Part shown: one piece after another, positions 29,796 through 40,300 of the stretch
Layout of the letters: the number at the start of each line of letters is the position of its first letter
Numbering within the stretch: position 1 is the first letter of the stretch
Source: Endomicrobiia bacterium
GTDB lineage: Bacteria > Elusimicrobiota > Endomicrobiia > DTEH01
Length of the DNA: 64,000 bases
Direction of reading: 5' to 3'
NCBI GenBank assembly: GCA_039630545.1
Contig: JBCNUU010000005.1
Coordinates: forward strand, 71,474-135,473
The notes under the pieces: model-generated
What the model saw: the letters and a program-made list of their open reading frames with translations, nothing else
What the model was told of the DNA's origin: nothing
Databases searched by the model: none
Made by a program: the position numbers and the translations under genes

Positions 29796-30467
29796 TTATA
29801 TTACTTTTTGGCCATTAATTACCATTTCAAATTTACATCCAAGATAATTTGCTGCTCTTCTACACATAATTAGACGAGAAAGAAAAATTTCAAAATACTC
29901 AATAATACTTGATAATTTAGTGTCTATATCTAAATTCAAAGTAATAATCTTTTTATCCGCTAAAACTTCAAGAAAACTTCTTTCTACTGCATAGTTAACT
30001 CTATCATGAATATCCAAAGCAACCATTTTGGGATTTCTTACTCTATTTTTGTTAACATCGGATTTGTCAGCTAAAATCAAAGCAGCTGCTACAGGATTTA
30101 TTGGCTCACCGATTTCTTCTTCATGATTGCCGATAGCTGATATAATGATAGATATCTCTTCAGCTGACATATTCATATTGTCCAAAATTTCCATGGCAAG
30201 TAAAGCTGAGGATTGACCATGGTCTTTTCTATTTATTACATTTCCAATATCATGTAAATAGCCTGCTATTGAAGCTAATTCACAGATTCTGTGAGGATAA
30301 CCTAAATACCTTAAAATATTTCCAGCTAATTCACTTACAATTGATGTGTGTCTGAATCCATGTTCAGTGTAACCTATAATACCTAAATATTCATTAGCAG
30401 CAGAAATAAATGCCTTTACAACAGGATTTTCTTTAATATCTTGAAGAGTTAATTGTTTTGTGACCAT
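29796..30467 (-). CDS. HD-domain phosphohydrolase
   Basis: GYTEHGFRH, YLHDIG, IGNHEE, LILADKSD. Confidence 0.88.
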   Translation of the reverse strand: MVTKQLTLQDIKENPVVKAFISAANEYLGIIGYTEHGFRHTSIVSELAGNILRYLGYPHRICELASIAGYLHDIGNVINRKDHGQSSALLAMEILDNMNMSAEEISIIISAIGNHEEEIGEPINPVAAALILADKSDVNKNRVRNPKMVALDIHDRVNYAVERSFLEVLADKKIITLNLDIDTKLSSIIEYFEIFLSRLIMCRRAANYLGCKFEMVINGQKVI

Positions 30468-30472
30468 AATTA

Positions 30473-30814
30473 TTAAGACATAATTGATTTTGCTTTATCT
30501 TCAGAGATTACTTGTGATATTGCAGATTTTAAGACATTAATTTTTACATTTTCTGCAACTTTTAGCTCGACTACTTCATCTTTTATATTAGAGATTACTC
30601 CATAAATCCCACTTGATAAAATAACATTATCTCCTTTTTTTAGACTCTCCAACATTTTTTTGTGTTGTTTTATTTTTTTTTGTTCTGGTAGAATCAACAA
30701 AAAATAAAATATAAAAAAAATCACAAAAATGGGTAAAAGACTTACTAGCCCTCCTGTTGGTTGAGTTTGTGATGTTTCTTTCGCACATTGCTGAGCAAAA
30801 AGTAAAATATTCAT
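30473..30814 (-). CDS. yajC: Preprotein translocase subunit YajC
   Basis: IFYFLLILPEQKK, LKKGDNVILSSGIYG. Confidence 0.93.
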   Translation of the reverse strand: MNILLFAQQCAKETSQTQPTGGLVSLLPIFVIFFIFYFLLILPEQKKIKQHKKMLESLKKGDNVILSSGIYGVISNIKDEVVELKVAENVKINVLKSAISQVISEDKAKSIMS

Positions 30815-30891
30815 TGTTTTTATTTTTCCTCCTGAGTTGAGAAAAATTTTATTTTATTATATAAGATAATAAAATAATTATCAATAGTATA

Positions 30892-31578
30892 ATGAAAAAA
30901 TTTCCCAATATTCAACTAATTTTGATTATTTTTGTGCTCATTTTGTTATTATGTGTTTTTTCTAAAAAATTTTTAGTTTCTTATTCATCAGATATAAAAG
31001 ATGTACATACAGTAATAAGAACAAGACGAAGTATAAGAAAGTTTAAACAAAAAGAGATAGATATTAATCTTCTTATCCAGATTGTTAAAGATGGAGGATT
31101 AGCTCCTTCTGGAGGAAATATCCAGCCCTGGGAGTTTATTATCGTAAATGAAAGACATAAAAGAAAATTTATTTTTGAAAATATATACTGGTTATCTCAG
31201 GCAGGGAAACCAGAAGAAAATCAACAGCCTGTGGCTTATATTGTTGTTTTGGGTAATCCTAAAATGAGTAAAAACTATATGTATGATTGTGCTGCAGCTT
31301 GTCAGAATATGCTTTTGTCTGCGTGGGGTTATGGAATCGGAAGCTGTTGGATTGGTTCTATGAATAAAGAAAACATATACAAAATTTTAAAAATTCCTAA
31401 AGTATTAGAAATTGTAGCGATAATAGCTCTGGGGTACCCAGATGAAGTTCCTTGTTTTAAATATGTCAAAAAAGATAACAAAAACTATCTGCCTTATAGA
31501 GAAAAGAATGTTCTTTTCGTGCCTAAATATCAAATTGATAATATTTTACATCTCAATGAATATAGATTAATTAAGTAA
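30892..31578 (+). CDS. Nitroreductase-family protein with N-terminal hydrophobic anchor
   Basis: RRSIRKF, APSGGNIQPW, GIGSCWIG, ALGYP. Confidence 0.9.
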   Translation: MKKFPNIQLILIIFVLILLLCVFSKKFLVSYSSDIKDVHTVIRTRRSIRKFKQKEIDINLLIQIVKDGGLAPSGGNIQPWEFIIVNERHKRKFIFENIYWLSQAGKPEENQQPVAYIVVLGNPKMSKNYMYDCAAACQNMLLSAWGYGIGSCWIGSMNKENIYKILKIPKVLEIVAIIALGYPDEVPCFKYVKKDNKNYLPYREKNVLFVPKYQIDNILHLNEYRLIK

Positions 31579-31693
31579 AGGTTTTAGATTTTGGTTTTAT
31601 CTATAATTAAATTGGTAATTTGTTTAAATTAGAAAATAAAATTGTTCTATTTAAAATTGTCTTTGTTAAAATTCCTGTCTATTTAAATTAATT

Positions 31694-32308
31694 TCATAAA
31701 ATTTTATTTAATTTGTCTTTTTCAATAAGGTCTATAGAAATACCTCCAGAGATAATTATTTTTAAAGCTTCTTCTATACTTAAATCTATCAGTTTTATTT
31801 CATCTTTTGACAGAAAAATCAAATACCCAGTGGTAGGATTAGGTGTAGATGGAACAAATACCCCTACTTTATCTTCGGTTTTAAGAGTAATTATTCCTAT
31901 AGTGTAGCATCCCTTTCTTGGATATTCAACTATAACTACCTGGTTATTTTTTGTTTCTTTTTGTTCTGTAAAAAAATATATAAGTTTTTTTGCTGAAGTA
32001 TAAATATCTTTTATAATAGGAATTTTATAAAAATATTTTTCTAAATTTTTCAATATGCTTTTGCCTATTACGGTGTTTGCCAAAAAACCTATTAAGTATA
32101 TTATTATCAAAGATATAATTAAACTTGACAAAAATAACAAAAATTTATTTTCTGGAATTTTAAACGCATAGAATAAAGTAATAATAAATGGTGTAGAAAT
32201 ATTTGAAATTAATTTCAAAAACAACCATACAATATATAAAGTAATCCAGAGAGGAATAAGTAAAATTAAACCAGTTAAAAAATATTTTCTAATGATATCT
32301 TTATTCAT
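31694..32308 (-). CDS. DUF502 membrane protein
   Basis: FLTGL..LIP, IPIIKDIY, VEYPRKG, FVPSTPNPTTG, IISGG. Confidence 0.92.
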   Translation of the reverse strand: MNKDIIRKYFLTGLILLIPLWITLYIVWLFLKLISNISTPFIITLFYAFKIPENKFLLFLSSLIISLIIIYLIGFLANTVIGKSILKNLEKYFYKIPIIKDIYTSAKKLIYFFTEQKETKNNQVVIVEYPRKGCYTIGIITLKTEDKVGVFVPSTPNPTTGYLIFLSKDEIKLIDLSIEEALKIIISGGISIDLIEKDKLNKIL

Positions 32309-32767
32309 TTATTTGAAGATGTATCTTATCCCTATAGCAGGAGCAATACTTACTCTTGTATGAGGAACCAGGTTTATTGTTGGTGCAAGTTTGACAAATA
32401 TGTTAAAAGGGATATCAGCAAAAATATACTCCAGCCCTAATATAAATCTAATAGCTAAATGTAAATCTTCACTGTAATTTATAGCTCTTAGTCCTAAACC
32501 ATAAAATATAGGGAAGGAACCACTCAATTCTTTAGAAGTAATTTTTGTATAATCATATTTCAATACATCCCAGCTTAAGTATAAATAATTATCAGCTGTG
32601 TTAAAATTCAAAGCTATATCATGAGCCAGTGTTTTTTTCTGTTGAATTTTTAACGATAAACCTGTAGGTTCACCTAAAACTACTCCTAAAGAAAATTCAG
32701 CCCAGGTTAAAGAATTTAAAAATAAATAAATAAAAAATCCGATAATAAGTTTGTGAAAATTTTTCAT
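32309..32767 (-). CDS. Small outer-membrane beta-barrel protein, hypothetical
   Basis: Signal peptide, LGVVLGEPTGLSLK start, amphipathic strands, C-terminal GIRYIF. Confidence 0.75.
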   Translation of the reverse strand: MKNFHKLIIGFFIYLFLNSLTWAEFSLGVVLGEPTGLSLKIQQKKTLAHDIALNFNTADNYLYLSWDVLKYDYTKITSKELSGSFPIFYGLGLRAINYSEDLHLAIRFILGLEYIFADIPFNIFVKLAPTINLVPHTRVSIAPAIGIRYIFK

Positions 32768-32821
32768 ATTTCCTGCCTCCTTTGGTTTTTTTAAAAATAT
32801 TTTACTAAATTTTTAATAAAT

Positions 32822-33556
32822 TCATTCGCCGAATTCAATACGTGTTATTAAAAACTCAGGTAACTGTAGTTGTAACATTTTTTGTTGAGTGATTTGGAAG
32901 TTATATTTTAGCCTTTTAAATTGCAAAGTATAATTTTTTGTATCGAATATTACATAACAAGCACGATTGTCTAAATCTCTGGGTTGGCCCACTGAGCCTA
33001 CATTTACTATATATTTTTTATGTTTTTCTAATTTGAATAAAAAATTATCTTTAGGATAATAAATTTTTCTTTTATCTTTTGCAGTTGAAGAATAAATAAG
33101 CGGAATATGTGTGTGACCACAAAAACAAATTTTTTGTTTCATATTTTTTATGTTTGCTTCTAAAGAAACGGTATCCAGTAAATACTCATATGTAGGATTT
33201 AAAGGAGAACCATGAACAAATAATAATTCATCCTTAATTAAATATTCAGGAAGACTTTTTAAATATTCTAAGTTATTTTTTGTGATAAGTGTTTTGTTTA
33301 TTAAAATTGCTTGCTTTGCGTTTTCATTAAACCAACTAAGTTCTGTTTTGCCTATAATAGCGAAGTCATGGTTGCCAGCTATTGAAATTATATTTTTGTT
33401 TTTTATTGTCTCTATACATTCTTCAGGATTAGGACCGTATCCTGTAATATCTCCACAACAAATTATTTCTTCAACCTTATAATTTTTAATATCTTCAATC
33501 ACAACAGATAAAGCTTCATAGTTGGAATGGATATCAGATATAATCGCAATCATCAT
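32822..33556 (-). CDS. Calcineurin-like metallophosphoesterase
   Basis: SDIHSN, GDITGYG, GNHD, HGSP, GHTH, NVGSVGQPRD. Confidence 0.92.
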   Translation of the reverse strand: MMIAIISDIHSNYEALSVVIEDIKNYKVEEIICCGDITGYGPNPEECIETIKNKNIISIAGNHDFAIIGKTELSWFNENAKQAILINKTLITKNNLEYLKSLPEYLIKDELLFVHGSPLNPTYEYLLDTVSLEANIKNMKQKICFCGHTHIPLIYSSTAKDKRKIYYPKDNFLFKLEKHKKYIVNVGSVGQPRDLDNRACYVIFDTKNYTLQFKRLKYNFQITQQKMLQLQLPEFLITRIEFGE

Positions 33557-35283
33557 TGATAGTTTATCTTTTGATAATTTATTAAAGAAAAGTAAAAACC
33601 TTTTAATTTAATTAATTCTTCATGAGTACCTTCTTCCACTATTCTGCCGTTTGAGATCACATATATATAATCAAAATCAACTACTAAATTTAATCTGTGA
33701 GTAATAAGGATAACAGTTTTTAGAGAAAAAACATTTTTCATAGCAGAAAAAACTATTGATTCCGATTCAGCATCAAGTGCAGAAGTTGGCTCATCAAATA
33801 TAAAAATTTCAGGATTTTTAAGTAACGCTCTAGCTATTGCTATTCTTTGTCTTTCTCCTCCACTTAATGAATACCCCCTCTCGCCAACTATTGTATTGAA
33901 TTTTTCAGGAAGAGTATTTATGAAATCATATATATATGCCATCTTTGTTGCTTCAATTACATCCTTTTCTTCAACGTTTTCGTTCCCATAGGTTAAATTA
34001 TACCATATTGTGTTATTAAATAAAAAAGTATCTTGGGTTACTACTCCAAACAGTTTCCTTACAGATGCTAAAGAAAACTCTTTTAGATTAATTCCATCTA
34101 TTAAAATTTCTCCTTCTTTTACATCGTAAAATCTTAATAGTAAATTTAATATTGTACTTTTTCCTGCTCCGGAAGGACCTACTATAGCAATTTTTTTCCC
34201 TTTAGAAATTTTCATATTTATTCCTTTAAGAATATATTCATCACTGTCTTTATATGAGAAACTTACATCTCTAAGTAAAATTTCTGAAGTAAATTTGGCA
34301 TCTTTAGGAAAAGATACTTCAGTCACAGAAGATTGTTGGTTAAATATCTCAAGAATCCTTTCTGTAGCAGAAATTCCTTGTTGAAGAATAGGATTTATTT
34401 CAGAAATTCTTTTTAAAGGCTGATAAAAAGACAACACTGTAGCTAAAAAAGCAAAGAAACTTCCTGGTGTCCATTTGTTTTGGATTACATCATAGCCTCC
34501 AAGAAGTATTACGATACTTACACCTATCGCCCCTATCAGTTCCATCACCGGTGAGGACAAAAATTCTACTTTTGAAAATTTTTTTGTTGCTATGTAGACT
34601 TTATCATTAAAATTTTTAAAATTTTTAAATTCTTTTTGTTGCTGGTTAAAAACCTGTGTTAAAAAGATTGCAGAAATGCTTTCTTGTAAATTATTATAAA
34701 GGTTAGCAATTTCTTGTTGAGATTTTCTAGAGTAGTAACGAAGTTTTTTTGTAAAAATATGTACTGGAAACAACGCTAAAGGTAATACAATCAGACTTAA
34801 TATAGCATACTTTATAGAGATATAAAATAATACAAAAATTAATCCTAACATAGTTATAGAATCAGTAATCAAAACTGCTGGAGATTTACTTAACATAAAA
34901 AAAATATTATTTAAATCATTAGTTAGTCTAGATATGGTATGTCCAGTTGTGGATTTAGTGATAAAATAATCAATGGATATGTTTTGAAGATGTTTATATA
35001 AATCTTCTCTTAAATTTTTGGTAACATTATTTGCTACCCATGTATTTAGATAATTTTTTAAATAAGTAAATATCCCAATAAATAGATAAATTACAGGAAT
35101 TATTACAACTAGAATATATAAATTATTTAAATTTTTTTCAAAAAAAATTTTGTCAACAACTGGTTTTATTAACCATCTACTAGCTGATGTTAATAAAGCA
35201 ACAAAAAGCATACATACTATTGAGATAATTACTCTGTTAATATATGGTTTTAAATATTTGAATAGAAATTTAAGCCTGCTCAT
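33553..35283 (-). CDS. msbA: Lipid A export ABC transporter MsbA-like
   Basis: TMD plus NBD, GPSGAGKST, LSGGERQR; follows lpxB. Confidence 0.85.
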   Translation of the reverse strand: MSRLKFLFKYLKPYINRVIISIVCMLFVALLTSASRWLIKPVVDKIFFEKNLNNLYILVVIIPVIYLFIGIFTYLKNYLNTWVANNVTKNLREDLYKHLQNISIDYFITKSTTGHTISRLTNDLNNIFFMLSKSPAVLITDSITMLGLIFVLFYISIKYAILSLIVLPLALFPVHIFTKKLRYYSRKSQQEIANLYNNLQESISAIFLTQVFNQQQKEFKNFKNFNDKVYIATKKFSKVEFLSSPVMELIGAIGVSIVILLGGYDVIQNKWTPGSFFAFLATVLSFYQPLKRISEINPILQQGISATERILEIFNQQSSVTEVSFPKDAKFTSEILLRDVSFSYKDSDEYILKGINMKISKGKKIAIVGPSGAGKSTILNLLLRFYDVKEGEILIDGINLKEFSLASVRKLFGVVTQDTFLFNNTIWYNLTYGNENVEEKDVIEATKMAYIYDFINTLPEKFNTIVGERGYSLSGGERQRIAIARALLKNPEIFIFDEPTSALDAESESIVFSAMKNVFSLKTVILITHRLNLVVDFDYIYVISNGRIVEEGTHEELIKLKGFYFSLINYQKINYQ

Positions 35284-36389
35284 ATATTTTGTAATATTTT
35301 CTGTGCAATAGAAAATGACACATTTTTGTTTTGCGATAGCAAAGATTTCACTGTTGAGTATTCATCTAAAATTTTTTTTAGAGAAAATTCATCTTTTAAA
35401 AATTTCTCTATATAGTTTATTACTTTAGGTGGATCTATATTGTTTTGAATGAATTCAGGAATTACTTCTTTTTTTAATATAATGTTAGGAATAGATATAA
35501 ATTTTATATACACCATTTTTTTTATAAGTAAATACATAAAATACGGAAGCTTATAAATCACTATAGTAGGAATATCATAAAATATATTTTCTAAAACAGT
35601 AGTACCACTTACTGAAATTGCTAGCCAAATTTTGCTCCTTAGATAATCTTTATTATCAAAGCAGATTTCTAAGTTTTTTTTAAAAGAGGATTTTTTTATT
35701 ATTTTTTTATATAAATTTTCATATTTTTTAAAACCGAATATTACAAATTTTATAGATGGCAAATTGTAGTTTGTTAAAAAATAATCAACTATTTTTAACA
35801 TAACAGGTAAATTCCACTTTATTACTTGTTTCCTGCTACCTGGAAAGATACCAATCAATTGTTTGTCTTTATTGCTAGGTTGAAGTTGTAAAGTGTCAAC
35901 AATTGGATGGCCTAAATAATAATTTTTTATGTTAAATTTCTCGTAAATTTCTTTTTCAAAAGGATAAATGTTTATTACGAAGTCTACATATTTTTTTATT
36001 TTCTTTAATCTATATTTTCTAGTAGCCCATACTTGAGGTGTTATGTAGTAGATTACTTTCAGTTTTAATTTTTTAGCACATTTAGCAACTCTTATATTAA
36101 ATCCGTAATAGTCAAGCAACACTACTGCTGTAATTTTTTCAATTTTTATAATTTTTTTTAATTTATTTAGAAGAAAAAAAAATTTAAAAAATTGTAAGAA
36201 AGGAGAAAAAAAACCATGTGCATCATAATCTACTAAATTTTCTATAAAAAAATCACAATTAATTTTAGATTCCTCACCTGCTAAGACATAAGTTTTTGTT
36301 TCTTTAGATAGCTGTTTGATATTTTTTAATAATAAAGATAGATATTTATCTGCTGACCTATCACCGCAACAAAATAAAATTTTTTTCAT
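35280..36389 (-). CDS. lpxB: Lipid-A-disaccharide synthase
   Basis: GDRSAD, DYYGFN, YYITPQVWA, GHP, FPGSR, SGTTVLE, PEFIQ. Confidence 0.92.
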   Translation of the reverse strand: MKKILFCCGDRSADKYLSLLLKNIKQLSKETKTYVLAGEESKINCDFFIENLVDYDAHGFFSPFLQFFKFFFLLNKLKKIIKIEKITAVVLLDYYGFNIRVAKCAKKLKLKVIYYITPQVWATRKYRLKKIKKYVDFVINIYPFEKEIYEKFNIKNYYLGHPIVDTLQLQPSNKDKQLIGIFPGSRKQVIKWNLPVMLKIVDYFLTNYNLPSIKFVIFGFKKYENLYKKIIKKSSFKKNLEICFDNKDYLRSKIWLAISVSGTTVLENIFYDIPTIVIYKLPYFMYLLIKKMVYIKFISIPNIILKKEVIPEFIQNNIDPPKVINYIEKFLKDEFSLKKILDEYSTVKSLLSQNKNVSFSIAQKILQNI

Positions 36390-37331
36390 TCATTGAAATT
36401 TTAAGTTATTTAATATCTCTAAAGCTACTTCTAAAGCATTTCTTCCATGTTCTCCTGAAACTAAAGGTTTTTTGTTTTCTAATATTGAAGAAACAAAATG
36501 CTCTAATTCAAGTTTTAATGGTTCGGTTTTTGTAGCTTTTATTCGGTTTATTTCAATATTATTTAAAGAGTTACTGAGATTTGTTTTTTTGTATATTTTT
36601 GCCTGTTGTTTGACAAAATCTAAAGAGATATAACTTTCTTTTTGGAATATATGCATTTTTCTATATTTTGTTGGTGCCACTCTTGAGGTTGTTAAATCAC
36701 ATATACAACCATTTTCAAACTCTAGCCTTGCTTTTACTATATCTTCTTTATCAGTAAAAACTTTTCCTCCAAAAGATTCCACTCTTTTTAATTTTGAGCC
36801 GCCCATATAAGATAAAATTATATCAATATCATGAATCATAAGGTCTAATACGACACCTATGTCAGCTACTCTAGGATCAAAAGTATTAAGTCTTATAGTT
36901 TCTATAAATTTTGGTTCATTTACATATTCTTTTATTTGTTGAACAATTGGGTTGAATCTCTCTATATGCCCTACTTGCAGAATTAAATTTTTCTGCTGCG
37001 AAATTTTTATAAGTTCTTCTGCTTCTTGAAGGTTAGTTGTGATTGGTTTTTCTACTAATACATGTTTACCATGAAGAAGAAATTCTTTTGAAATTTGGTA
37101 GTGAAGATGAGTAGGTGTGACTACACTTATGGCATCTACTTTGTCTAAAATTTCTTGGTAATCAGTTGTAACTTCTAAGTATGGATAAGCATGTTTAATT
37201 TTTTTTAATTTTTCTTTATCAATATCCACTACCGCAACCAGATTTACTGCTGGTATTGATGAGTAAATTCTTACATGATGTTGTCCTAAATTTCCACAGC
37301 CAATTACTCCGACATTTATTCTATTTTTCAT
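36390..37331 (-). CDS. Gfo/Idh/MocA oxidoreductase, GnnA-like
   Basis: GCGNLG, VEKP, VGHIERFNP, VVLDLMIHDID; position inside the lipid A operon. Confidence 0.85.
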   Translation of the reverse strand: MKNRINVGVIGCGNLGQHHVRIYSSIPAVNLVAVVDIDKEKLKKIKHAYPYLEVTTDYQEILDKVDAISVVTPTHLHYQISKEFLLHGKHVLVEKPITTNLQEAEELIKISQQKNLILQVGHIERFNPIVQQIKEYVNEPKFIETIRLNTFDPRVADIGVVLDLMIHDIDIILSYMGGSKLKRVESFGGKVFTDKEDIVKARLEFENGCICDLTTSRVAPTKYRKMHIFQKESYISLDFVKQQAKIYKKTNLSNSLNNIEINRIKATKTEPLKLELEHFVSSILENKKPLVSGEHGRNALEVALEILNNLKFQ

Positions 37332-38140
37332 ATTCCATACAGCTTAATTTTTAACTTTTTTGATTTTTCAATAACTTCTTGTTTGTTCAAAATTAAGGTT
37401 TTTTTGCTTTCTACAGCAATTGCAGAAACTTTTGCACGATTAGCTATTTTTATGGTTCTAGGACCTATTACAGGTAAATCAAACCTCATATCTTGCTGAG
37501 GTCTTGCGACTTTTATCACATAACAGTTTTTACCAGCAATCTTATATCCCCTTAAAATACAGTTATCAGTACCTTCGGCCGCTTCCAGTGCTATTACAAT
37601 TTTATTTTTTACTACTGTAGTTAAACCTACATCCAACGCTGACAGTTGTTTTGCTATGTCGTAACCAAATTTTATATTTTCTAAATCAAACTCAGTTAAC
37701 TCTAAATTATTTATACTTCCAGAAGGTGCAAATTCACTTTCTAAAAATTTATTTAAAGGTTCAATAGTTATATTTTCTTTTTGAAATTCTTCAACTAAAG
37801 CATGAAAAATGTTTAATGCTTTATAAGTGGGAAGTTTGTTAAACATATTTTTGGTGCGAAGATCCATGTTTAGAAAATTATTTTTTTTTAAAAGTAATAA
37901 ATGTGGTATATAACCTAAAAACACTATATTTTTTACTGAGTTATTTTTAAAATAATCTATGATTTTTTGTAATTCCCAATTTTTTAATATAAAAAAATTA
38001 TCTGTATACTTTCTTATATTTTTTGGGAAAAAATTTTTAAAGGAAACAACAAATAAATTATAATTTTTATAAGTTTTTTGAATAAATACTTCTGGTAACA
38101 ATCCATAACCACAAATAAGTCCTATGTTTGTTTTTTCCAT
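37328..38140 (-). CDS. lpxI: UDP-2,3-diacylglucosamine diphosphatase LpxI
   Basis: GLICGYGLLP, DVG, ALEAAEGTD, QDMRFDLPVIG. Confidence 0.92.
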   Translation of the reverse strand: MEKTNIGLICGYGLLPEVFIQKTYKNYNLFVVSFKNFFPKNIRKYTDNFFILKNWELQKIIDYFKNNSVKNIVFLGYIPHLLLLKKNNFLNMDLRTKNMFNKLPTYKALNIFHALVEEFQKENITIEPLNKFLESEFAPSGSINNLELTEFDLENIKFGYDIAKQLSALDVGLTTVVKNKIVIALEAAEGTDNCILRGYKIAGKNCYVIKVARPQQDMRFDLPVIGPRTIKIANRAKVSAIAVESKKTLILNKQEVIEKSKKLKIKLYGI

Positions 38141-38154
38141 ATTTTTAAAATTTC

Positions 38155-39465
38155 TTATTTTTTTCTGGGGATTCTACAAATGCCTCGTTTTGATTCTTTT
38201 ACGAATTCAATCATATATTTTACTTCTTCAGAGATTGAGTTATTTTCTGCTTCAAATTTTTTTATTGCTTCAGATAAGGGAAGTTTTGATCTAAACAGTT
38301 TTTTGTATGCTATTTTTATTTCTTTTATTTTTTCTTTACTGAAACCTTTTCTTCTTAAACCAATTACATTTACTCCCCACAATTCTGCTCTGTCACCTAC
38401 TACCATTACAAATGGAGGAACATCTTTAGAAACCATCGCTCCTCCACCTAGCATTGCAAGTTTTCCTACTTTTACAAACTGATGAATGGCAACTAATCCT
38501 CCTATGTTTACACCATCTTCTACAGTTACATGTCCTGCAAGTGTTCCACAGTTTGCTATTGTTACATCATTACCAACTTTACAATCATGTGCTATATGGG
38601 AATAAGCCATAAGATAACAGTTATTTCCTACAGAAGTAAGTTTGGTGTTTGTGCCTCTATGAATAGTAACAAATTCTCTAATTACACAGTTTTCTCCTAC
38701 TATTACGCAGGTGTCTTCCCCTTTATATTTTACATCTTGAGGCAAAGTTCCTATACATACACTGTCAAAAATTTTTGTATTTTTTTTAATGGTGCAGTAT
38801 TCTAAATTACAATAACTTCCTATTTGAACATTTTCTTCTAAAACTACATTGGGACCAATTACTGTATATGGACCAATTTTAACAGTTGGGTGAATTTTAG
38901 CAGTTGGATGAATTATTACTGTAAAATGAACATTTCCAGAAGGGAGTAATTTTGTGTCTTGAGGTTGATCTACTTTGTCTACTAAAATAAACATAAACTC
39001 AGCTTCAGCTACGACATTTCTATTTACGAAAGCAACTCCCCTTACTTTTCCTACTTTTTCTTTAGCCTTAAGTACTTCTACATGTAACTCCAGAATATCT
39101 CCTGGACGAACGGGTTTTCTAAATTTTGTTTTTTCTATAGACATAAAATATGCAAATTTTCCTCTTAAATCCGGCCTGAATAAATAAAGAACACATGCTG
39201 TTTGTGCCATAGCTTCTACTACTAATACACCTGGCATAATTGGGTTCCCAGGAAAATGTCCTCTAAAAAAATCTTCGTTTCCTGTGACATTTTTATAACC
39301 TATCGCTGACTTTTCTTTTTCTACAATTTCTACCTTGTCTATTAAAAGAAAAGGTTCCCTGTGAGGGATAACACTTTTTATTTCTTCTTTTTCTAATATT
39401 ACCTTTTCAAATTTTTCTTCTCTGACTGCAGTTGTAGTAAAGTTTTCTTGGATTTTTTCATTCAT
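38155..39465 (-). CDS. Bifunctional FabZ-LpxA fusion (3-hydroxyacyl-ACP dehydratase plus UDP-GlcNAc acyltransferase)
   Basis: N-half [33 protein letters not shown]-half hexapeptide repeats, [37 protein letters not shown]. Confidence 0.93.
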   Translation of the reverse strand: MNEKIQENFTTTAVREEKFEKVILEKEEIKSVIPHREPFLLIDKVEIVEKEKSAIGYKNVTGNEDFFRGHFPGNPIMPGVLVVEAMAQTACVLYLFRPDLRGKFAYFMSIEKTKFRKPVRPGDILELHVEVLKAKEKVGKVRGVAFVNRNVVAEAEFMFILVDKVDQPQDTKLLPSGNVHFTVIIHPTAKIHPTVKIGPYTVIGPNVVLEENVQIGSYCNLEYCTIKKNTKIFDSVCIGTLPQDVKYKGEDTCVIVGENCVIREFVTIHRGTNTKLTSVGNNCYLMAYSHIAHDCKVGNDVTIANCGTLAGHVTVEDGVNIGGLVAIHQFVKVGKLAMLGGGAMVSKDVPPFVMVVGDRAELWGVNVIGLRRKGFSKEKIKEIKIAYKKLFRSKLPLSEAIKKFEAENNSISEEVKYMIEFVKESKRGICRIPRKK

Positions 39466-40300
39466 ATATTATCCTCCTCTTTTTTAAATATTCACAAAAT
39501 TTAAGATTTGCATAATGTCCAGGATTTATAATTTCAAATTTCCCTTTAAAATATACTTTAAGAAAAGACAAATCACCTAAAAAATCCAATATTTTATGAC
39601 GCAAACATTCATTTTTTTTATAAGTAAGAATTTCAGGATTAATAACTCTATCGCTGTCAACAACTATTACATTATCTAACGAACCCCCAAGTCCTTTTTT
39701 TGATGAAAGTATATTTTTTATATCATCAAACAAGCAAAAAGTTTTTGCTGGAGCTATATTTTTTATATAATTAGAAGAAGTAAATATAAATTTAGAGATT
39801 TTATCATTCAGATATTTTGATTTTTCTGTTTTTAGAGAACATACTATTTCAAATTTTCTTGACGGTGATATTTTGTAAAGAGAATTATTGATTTTAAATG
39901 TTGAAGATTTAACAATTTGAATAATTTTGATTTTGGAGTTTGTTCTTTTAAGACCTGCTTCCAAGATTTTTTTTACAAATAATTTAGCACTTCCATCTAA
40001 TATAGGAATTTCTCTTCCTTTAATTACATGAATTTCCACGTCATTTATGAATAGACCATAAAGTGTAGATAATAAATGTTCTACGGTGGAAATTTTAAAA
40101 GAAAAAGTTCCTATTGTAGTACAAAGATTAGTATCTTTTATGTTTTCTAAAGATAAATTTATTTTTTTATCACTTATAAAAAAATAAATACCACTACCAG
40201 GAAATTCCGATGGGGTAATTTTTATTTTTGAAGGTTCTCCAGTATGAATACCTATACCTTCAAATTCAACAGGTTTTTTGAGAGTAAAATAATATTTCAT
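39458..40300 (-). CDS. lpxC: UDP-3-O-acyl-GlcNAc deacetylase
   Basis: GIGIHTG, TVEHLLS, EIPILDGSA, GGSLDN, RHKILDFLGDL, PGH. Confidence 0.93.
   Translation of the reverse strand: MKYYFTLKKPVEFEGIGIHTGEPSKIKITPSEFPGSGIYFFISDKKINLSLENIKDTNLCTTIGTFSFKISTVEHLLSTLYGLFINDVEIHVIKGREIPILDGSAKLFVKKILEAGLKRTNSKIKIIQIVKSSTFKINNSLYKISPSRKFEIVCSLKTEKSKYLNDKISKFIFTSSNYIKNIAPAKTFCLFDDIKNILSSKKGLGGSLDNVIVVDSDRVINPEILTYKKNECLRHKILDFLGDLSFLKVYFKGKFEIINPGHYANLKFCEYLKKRRIIYE

Noticed and set aside
31579..31693. Repeated AAAATTGT-like words, a possible mini array
   Set aside because: Low complexity and irregular spacing; not a CRISPR array
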